A stretch of DNA of 42,783 nucleotides, from positions 1 to 42,783 of IMG/VR virus record IMGVR_UViG_3300017589_000249; one strand, given 5' to 3'. The stretch is from a virus. Its lineage: Duplodnaviria; Caudoviricetes. A model generated the notes under the pieces. The model was not told the DNA's origin. It did no database searches and saw only the letters and a list, made by a program, of their open reading frames with translations. The translations under genes were made by a program, and so were the position numbers. Below are positions 37,186-42,783 of this stretch, piece by piece (the stretch's first letter is position 1; each line of letters starts with the position of its first letter).

Positions 37186-37219
37186 GGTAGTGTAGGATTG
37201 AGTCCTATGCTGCCTTTTT
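37186..37219 (+). terminator. Terminator, copy 2 of the direct repeat
   Basis: GGTAGTGTAGGATT-GAGT-CCTATGCTGCC-T5. Confidence 0.85.
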
Positions 37220-37297
37220 CTTTGAAAATAGAATTTATTGACAAAGTGCACGAGTGATATAAAATATAAGTTATAAGGTAAATAGGGGGATGAAGCA

Positions 37298-37750
37298 ATG
37301 AAAAGAATACTAAGTATTTTATTAACTGGACTTATGGTACTAGCTCTAGTTGGGTGTGGTTCGAATAATAAAGCAGAAAAGACTACTAAAGTAGAAGAGA
37401 CAAAAGTAGAAGTAAAAGAGATAAATAAAAATGAATATGAAAAGGCGGATTTTGTTAAATTTAATTTACCAGAACAAGAATATTTCAAGATGGTTGGAAC
37501 TAAAGTTTATATTGAAGGAGAAGCCTCATCTATAGATTTAGAAGGTAAAATATTTGCCAAAAGTCCTAATCTTATAGTGTCTCAGAAAGAGAGTAACGGA
37601 TTTGGGATGTATGGAGTAGAAGGATATTCAATAAGAGATGCAGATATTGATATAAATCAAAAGGATAATGTTAGGGTTTACGGAATAATATTTGACCAAA
37701 AGATTAATGGCATGCCTACAATATTAGTTGATAAGATAGAGAAAATTTAA
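37298..37750 (+). CDS. Lipoprotein moron
   Basis: Signal peptide with LVGC lipobox; own TTGACA promoter at 37238; terminator 37759-37791. Confidence 0.85.
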   Translation: MKRILSILLTGLMVLALVGCGSNNKAEKTTKVEETKVEVKEINKNEYEKADFVKFNLPEQEYFKMVGTKVYIEGEASSIDLEGKIFAKSPNLIVSQKESNGFGMYGVEGYSIRDADIDINQKDNVRVYGIIFDQKINGMPTILVDKIEKI

Positions 37751-37793
37751 TATATACAAGACCAGGAGTGATTTAATCCTGGTCTGTTTTTAG

Positions 37794-38078
37794 TTAAAGG
37801 TCAAAATAATTTTCAGGTAAATTGAAGAGATTAAGTATTAAATTTAAAGAGTCTATACTAGGGTTTATATTTCCTGCTTCCCAATTGTAGACACTTGTAA
37901 AACCTTTATTAATTATTTTGGCAAATTTTCTTTGATTCATACCTTTTAGGGAACGGAGTCTTATTATTTTATCGGCTATAGAGTAACACTTAATATCATC
38001 AAATAATAATGAATATATATTATACGAGTAACTATTAAATACTTTTAAAAATGTTGCATTATTGAACATACTGCACAT
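37794..38078 (-). CDS. XRE-family HTH protein at the prophage right end (5' end lies in the att region)
   Basis: KIIRLRSLKGMNQRKFAK...SVYNWEAG...PS; no RBS upstream in the lysogen. Confidence 0.7.
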   Translation of the reverse strand: MCSMFNNATFLKVFNSYSYNIYSLLFDDIKCYSIADKIIRLRSLKGMNQRKFAKIINKGFTSVYNWEAGNINPSIDSLNLILNLFNLPENYFDL

Positions 38079-38092
38079 GCAAAATTAATGAC
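38055..38092. other. Probable attR region
   Basis: Host reading frame (…HAKLMTTYYP) resumes here without its N-terminus; imperfect symmetry CATTA…TAATG centred near 38073-38074. Confidence 0.6.
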
Positions 38093-38573
38093 TACCTATT
38101 ATCCATTAAATAAGCTTAGAAAAATTAAAGGCTTAGAACATGCGAAATATATTGATCCCTATGCAGGAAGCAAAGGAAATTCTATAAGATATCTCTCGGT
38201 TGCTCCTAGGACTAATGATATGAAAGTAGTTGGAGTAGATAATCTCTTGTGTGCTGGAGAAAAAAGTGGCTTATTTGTTGGACATACAGAGGCAATATGT
38301 ACAGGAGCTCTTTCCGGGCATAATGCTGTAAGGCTTGCTATGGGAATGACACTCCTTATATTGCCTAATTCTATTGCTATAGGAGATATAATTGCTTATG
38401 AAAGTGAGAAGGTTAAAACAAGAGAAGGTAGAAAAGATAGATATACCTTTGCCGGTGCTGGGTATTTTAAGAGAATGCAGGAACTTGGACTTTATACAAT
38501 GGATATGGAAGAAATAAAGAAGCGGGTTAGTAAGATTAACTTGGATGGAATATTTGAGCAGAAGCTTTGCTAG
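38070..38573 (+). pseudogene. 3' half of a host FAD-dependent oxidoreductase (GidA-like clostridial family) split by the prophage
   Basis: HAKLMTTYYPL.KLRKI.GLE.A.Y.DPYAG.KGNSIRY, DNL.CAGEKSG..VGHTEAI.TG...GHNA C-terminal FAD motif; no GxGxxG N-terminus and no RBS. Confidence 0.8.
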
Positions 38574-38595
38574 AGTAAATAACAAAAACTTCAAT

Positions 38596-38630
38596 ATATT
38601 ATACCATATATTACATATGTGGTATAATAT
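38596..38630. promoter_or_regulatory. Inverted repeat ATATTATACCA…TGGTATAATAT containing extended -10 boxes
   Basis: 11-bp perfect arms directly upstream of the GAGGTG RBS. Confidence 0.6.
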
Positions 38631-38645
38631 GTATGAGGTGATTAT

Positions 38646-39233
38646 ATGTTAGATATAAATTTATTAGATGAAGATATACTTGAATTTATTACTTATGTAA
38701 ATGTTGAGTTATTACAAGGTAGAGAAATGAAGGATATAGAAAAAAATGACTTTTTTGTTAATGAACGAGTGATTGTAAAAAGATTAGCTAGACGCAATTA
38801 TAAACGTCTTCCTAATACAGCAAATATAGTAGATACAAATGGTAATTTAATAAAGATATTCAGAGAAGAAGAGAATATAGATATCATGGACATTCAGAAT
38901 AAAGAAATAATATCTGAAGAAAAAGATAATAACGAATTAATTACATGTAATGAAAATATAAAATCAAATGAATTATTAGAATTAGTTAATAGAAAAAAAG
39001 AAATATTTAAAGTGTTAGATTACTTTAATAATACGCCTAATAAGGTGGGAAACATTGAGAAGAGATTAAGAATTCATCTACCACCTAGCAACAATAAGGA
39101 ATTTAAAGTTACTACTAGGATAAATGATATAGTTTGGCAAGATTTCAAGAAGTTCTCAAGGAAATACCCATGTATTACTTTGAAAGATTTAACATCCCAG
39201 GCTTTAATTGAATTTATGAAGAAATATGACTAA
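38646..39233 (+). CDS. Hypothetical protein with probable C-terminal ribbon-helix-helix-like DNA-binding region
   Basis: KVTTRINDIVWQDF..F......LKDLTSQALIEFMKKY. Confidence 0.6.
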   Translation: MLDINLLDEDILEFITYVNVELLQGREMKDIEKNDFFVNERVIVKRLARRNYKRLPNTANIVDTNGNLIKIFREEENIDIMDIQNKEIISEEKDNNELITCNENIKSNELLELVNRKKEIFKVLDYFNNTPNKVGNIEKRLRIHLPPSNNKEFKVTTRINDIVWQDFKKFSRKYPCITLKDLTSQALIEFMKKYD

Positions 39234-39976
39234 GGTTTCTTTATAAATTGTTTTGTTTTCCCCATGACATATGCAAGCTTTATAATAGTCTCCTCCTCAG
39301 GAGACATCTCTCTGTTATACATTTTTTCAAATTGATTAATTAAGGCAATTAAATCAATTTCTTTTTTAGGTTGTTTGACTCTTGTAGGAGTAGTTAAGAC
39401 ATATACAGTAGGGATAATAGTATTATCATCTATTTTCTTAAATGCTTCTGAGGTATAATAGGCATCATTATAAGCATCATGAAATTCACCATTAGTTTTT
39501 ATATTTAAAAGATTTATAGCATTTTGCAAACTAATCTTTGTCCCTTTTGGGGCATGAAGATATATAGAGGCATACTTTTGAATATCAATATAGTGTATAG
39601 GTTTTGACCCAAATGATAAACCATAAAACCTCAAGTTTCTTTGAAGTTCCTTAATATCAACTATTCCCCAAACACAAAATACAATTTCATCCTCACCAAT
39701 AAACTCTAAAAAGTCCTCATAAACATTTACAAAATCTTTACAAGAACTAACCGTGTCTATATTTATTTTAGTTAAATGTTCCACGTAAGGATGAATGGTA
39801 GTATAAACAGTGGGTTTAATTAGAACATTAAATGTAGAAACTGTTTCGAATTTTTCAGAAAGTTTTAATGCCCCAATTTGAATAATCTCAAAGGGCATAG
39901 TAGGATTATTCCTAGAGTTTTCTTCTGTAGCACCAAATTTTTGATTAAATTCTAAATCATATATTATATAATACAT
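39230..39976 (-). CDS. DEDDh 3'-5' exonuclease (KapD/ERI-1-like)
   Basis: IYDLEFNQ, EIIQIGA, WG..D, FHDAYNDA. Confidence 0.9.
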   Translation of the reverse strand: MYYIIYDLEFNQKFGATEENSRNNPTMPFEIIQIGALKLSEKFETVSTFNVLIKPTVYTTIHPYVEHLTKINIDTVSSCKDFVNVYEDFLEFIGEDEIVFCVWGIVDIKELQRNLRFYGLSFGSKPIHYIDIQKYASIYLHAPKGTKISLQNAINLLNIKTNGEFHDAYNDAYYTSEAFKKIDDNTIIPTVYVLTTPTRVKQPKKEIDLIALINQFEKMYNREMSPEEETIIKLAYVMGKTKQFIKKP

Positions 39977-39997
39977 AGTTCCACCTAATTACACATC

Positions 39998-40570
39998 CTA
40001 TTTTAATCTATTTATAATTGGTTTTGAGTCTAAAATTTCCTTTATTTTATCTTTGTCATTAGCTTTTATTATAATGGTAAAAGTTTTATTTTTTATAGTT
40101 ATATTTAAGTTGTACTTTTCAGGATTAGAATTTGGCTTTAAATTTATATGGTTTATAGACTTGTAATAACACTTTAACTTAGCAGCTTCAAGGTTTTCTT
40201 TTCTTAATATTAACTTGCTACTTTTTCTTATTAAAAGTAAAAGAAAAATCACAGGAAGTAAAAAATAAATAGAAGAAATAAAATTTTTGCTGATAAAAAT
40301 AGTGCTTAAAGCAATTATACATATAATAATAGAAGTAAAAATTAAAGAAGCAGGAACTTTGATAGTAAAGGTTCCTTCTACATTATTTAAACTTGTTTTA
40401 TTTTTCTTAAGTATAAAATAAACTGTAACACAAAAAGAATAAATAAGTACAATTCCTATAAAAATAGGTCCGGAAATAAAGGATGTAAAGATATCCATTG
40501 TTATCACTCCTTCATAAGTGGCTATATTTATTATACCCATATCATAGCTATAATAGTAAGTATAGTACAA
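39998..40570 (-). CDS. Hypothetical membrane protein (start may be ATG at 40498)
   Basis: Three hydrophobic segments; GAAGGAG RBS before MDIFTSF. Confidence 0.7.
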   Translation of the reverse strand: MYYTYYYSYDMGIINIATYEGVITMDIFTSFISGPIFIGIVLIYSFCVTVYFILKKNKTSLNNVEGTFTIKVPASLIFTSIIICIIALSTIFISKNFISSIYFLLPVIFLLLLIRKSSKLILRKENLEAAKLKCYYKSINHINLKPNSNPEKYNLNITIKNKTFTIIIKANDKDKIKEILDSKPIINRLK

Positions 40571-40573
40571 AAT

Positions 40574-40606
40574 AAAAAAAAGGTGTTCAAAATTTGAACA
40601 CCTTTT
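40574..40606. terminator. Palindrome AGGTGTTCAAA-A-TTTGAACACCT with A/T tracts; terminator for the 40619-40993 gene
   Basis: 11-bp arms; outer 8 bp equal to the prophage palindrome. Confidence 0.75.
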
Positions 40607-40618
40607 AATGATTAAAAA

Positions 40619-40993
40619 TTAAATATTTTCTTTGCTAAAGATCCATTCTTTAACCTGTGGAGTTAAACTCTCGGTAGTTTCAGAATTGATTTTAGTTACA
40701 AATAAAAGATCATCAGCATTTACAAAAACCCTAAGCTTTTCAAGGATTTCTCCGCAAGAGAATGAGCTATGTAAAAGAAAGCTCTCTGGCATAAAGTGAG
40801 CCCAAGCACCTAGAGAACGAATTTCTCCAATTAATCTAGAATCATCACGACCGTGTTCATGTTCATGTTCGTGATCATGTTCTTCACAACCACAATCTTC
40901 AGTATGTTCGTGTTCATGGTCTTCACATCCGCAATTTTCATCGTGTTCGTGTGCTTCTTCTTTTAAAAAATAATTTACTATATATACTGACAT
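40619..40993 (-). CDS. Small protein with His/Cys-rich metal-binding insert
   Basis: HEHDENCGCEDHEHEHTEDCGCEEHDHEHEHEHG. Confidence 0.75.
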   Translation of the reverse strand: MSVYIVNYFLKEEAHEHDENCGCEDHEHEHTEDCGCEEHDHEHEHEHGRDDSRLIGEIRSLGAWAHFMPESFLLHSSFSCGEILEKLRVFVNADDLLFVTKINSETTESLTPQVKEWIFSKENI

Positions 40994-41152
40994 AATGACA
41001 CCGCCTTTTTATTTTATTATAAACTTAATAGTACAGGAAGTATTTAATAAATACAATTATTAATTATGACCATAATAAATAAAATGCATATTTATATAAA
41101 GAATAGATAAAAATTAAAGGCGATTAAAAAATTGAACAAAAAGGAGATTGGT

Positions 41153-42286
41153 ATGAAAGGTATAGATATATCAAATCATAATAATAATATTGATTTTAAA
41201 AAAGTTAAGGATAGTGGTATCGAATTAGTATATATTAAGGCCACAGAGGGGACAACCTATCAGGATCCATATCTGGAAATAAACTATAATAAAGCAAAAT
41301 CAGTTGGCTTGAAAGTAGGATTTTATCATTATTTGGTAGGTACTAGTAAACCTGAGACCCAAGGAGAAAACTTTTTTAATGAGATAAATAATAAGGTAAG
41401 TAATTTAAGAGCTTGTTTAGATATAGAAGTAAGTGGATTTGACGTAATGGAGTATGCATTAAGATTTATAAAAAGATTTGAGGAATTAAGTAATATACCG
41501 GTAGTAATATATGCATCCCCTTATTTCATAAATGATAACCTGGACAGTAGGTTATCTAAATACCCTTTATGGGTTGCACATTATGGGGTTAGTACTCCAA
41601 TGAAGAATAATGTTTGGGGTATAAGTCATGTTGGACATCAGTATACTGATACAGGACGAGTAGATGGAATAAATGGATATTGTGATTTAGATAATTTTTA
41701 TGATGGTATTTTTGCAATTGATGATAGAGTAGATGCAGGGGGAGTAACTACTCCAGAATCCCTAGTTGATAAAGGTAGAAGATATATAGGATCAAAATGT
41801 AAAGATCTTCAAGAAAAATTAATTGCAAATGGGTATGATTGTGGGGGATATGGTGCTGATGGAGTATTTGGTCAAGAAACATTAAATTCATTGCTTAAAT
41901 TTCAAAGGGATAATGGATTAGTAGCAGATGGGCTAGCGGGACAGGCAACATTTGCCAAATTAAATAAGCTACCTAATTTATCTAATGATCTAGTAATAAG
42001 AGAATTACAAAATCAAATAAATCTACAAGGCTTTGGGAAAATTGCTGTTGACGGTATTGCGGGCGATGAAACCTTAAGTCATTGTCCTTTCTTAAAAGTA
42101 GGGGCGAAAGGTGGTATTACAAAGTGTTTACAAATGCTTCTTAATAGATATGGATATTCTTTAAGCATAGATGGTATTTTCGGGGAAAATACAAGGAAGG
42201 CAGTAGTAGCTTATCAAAAGGGTAAAGGTTTAATCCAAGATGGAATAGTTGGAGTAAATACATGGAGAAAGCTATTAAATTTATAA
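41153..42286 (+). CDS. GH25 muramidase with peptidoglycan-binding domains
   Basis: KGIDIS, YIKATEG, GFYHY, LDIE, LWVAHY, QYTD.G; repeated DG.FG..T...FQ...GL..DG..G; AAGGAG RBS. Confidence 0.92.
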   Translation: MKGIDISNHNNNIDFKKVKDSGIELVYIKATEGTTYQDPYLEINYNKAKSVGLKVGFYHYLVGTSKPETQGENFFNEINNKVSNLRACLDIEVSGFDVMEYALRFIKRFEELSNIPVVIYASPYFINDNLDSRLSKYPLWVAHYGVSTPMKNNVWGISHVGHQYTDTGRVDGINGYCDLDNFYDGIFAIDDRVDAGGVTTPESLVDKGRRYIGSKCKDLQEKLIANGYDCGGYGADGVFGQETLNSLLKFQRDNGLVADGLAGQATFAKLNKLPNLSNDLVIRELQNQINLQGFGKIAVDGIAGDETLSHCPFLKVGAKGGITKCLQMLLNRYGYSLSIDGIFGENTRKAVVAYQKGKGLIQDGIVGVNTWRKLLNL

Positions 42287-42396
42287 TAAAGAAATAAATT
42301 ATGTTACTTTAAGAAAAATATTACAACGTAAACCTTATAATGAGGTATAATGAATTATAAGAATAATTTGAAAATTTATAAAAATGGAGTGATATT

Positions 42397-42783
42397 ATGG
42401 TAGTTTACGTATGCTGTGCAGGTGGTATGACATCAAGTATATTTTGTCAAAAAGTTAAGGATGCACAAGGAGAAGAGGATAAGATATATTTTGGAGATAT
42501 ACATGATGTGATTAAGGAATTTGAAGCTGGTAAGTTAAAAGATTATAATATTATTTTAGGATATGGTGGGGCTGAAAAAGTTGATAATCGTTTTATTGAA
42601 GATTTAAAATTTAAAGAGCTGGTTAACCTTATTTGGGTAGCACCACAAGCTAGATTTCATACTAATAGAATAAAAGCTTTAGTAGAGCCAATAGGAATAA
42701 AGTGTGAGACTATTGATATGATTACTTTTGGTAGAATGAATGGGAAAAAGGCAATTGATGACCTTAAAAAAATTACTTCATAG
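42397..42783 (+). CDS. PTS IIB component, lactose/cellobiose family-like
   Basis: VCCAGGMTSS phospho-Cys loop, VAPQARF, IDM..FGRMNG. Confidence 0.8.
   Translation: MVVYVCCAGGMTSSIFCQKVKDAQGEEDKIYFGDIHDVIKEFEAGKLKDYNIILGYGGAEKVDNRFIEDLKFKELVNLIWVAPQARFHTNRIKALVEPIGIKCETIDMITFGRMNGKKAIDDLKKITS

Larger units (their letters stand above)
1..38075. mobile_element. Temperate siphovirus prophage (left att lies outside the window; right boundary about 38066-38080)
   Basis: Canonical module order integrase-immunity-replication-late regulator-packaging-head-tail-lysis-morons, ending at a 5'-truncated host gene. Confidence 0.95.

Noticed and set aside
41153-42286. GH25 lysin as part of the prophage or a second prophage
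   Set aside because: Lies 3 kb beyond attR among host genes with no holin or other phage genes beside it

Overview
Positions 1 to about 38075 are a nearly complete temperate siphovirus prophage in a low-GC Clostridium-like genome. In order it carries: a large serine integrase; an ImmA/ImmR-Cro switch with five operators; ParA/ParB; Rep with iterons, DnaB helicase and SSB; an ArpU/RinA-type late activator; a small tyrosine recombinase and a small serine resolvase; PBSX-type terminase, SPP1-like portal and MuF with a HExxH extension; head and tail genes; holin and a ChW amidase; and two envelope morons. The right end abuts the 3' half of a host FAD-dependent oxidoreductase gene, so the phage appears to have split that gene. 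The left att site is outside the window. Positions 38.6-42.8 kb are host genes. The main unexplained structures are: (1) two 88-bp Sin/beta-type res sites in inverted orientation bracketing resolvase-terS-terL, with non-matching crossover dinucleotides; (2) a 21-bp palindrome AGGTGTTCGT-C-ACGAACACCT in four copies, a candidate parS that also brackets a cargo cassette; (3) an unassigned two-gene cargo (YejK/NA37-like protein plus C-terminal 2-TM protein) inserted between repressor and immA, a candidate defence system; (4) a stand-alone OLD ATPase-TOPRIM moron with repeat-bounded ends; (5) an in-frame TAA in the distal tail gene. Family assignments come from recognising motifs by eye, not from database searches.
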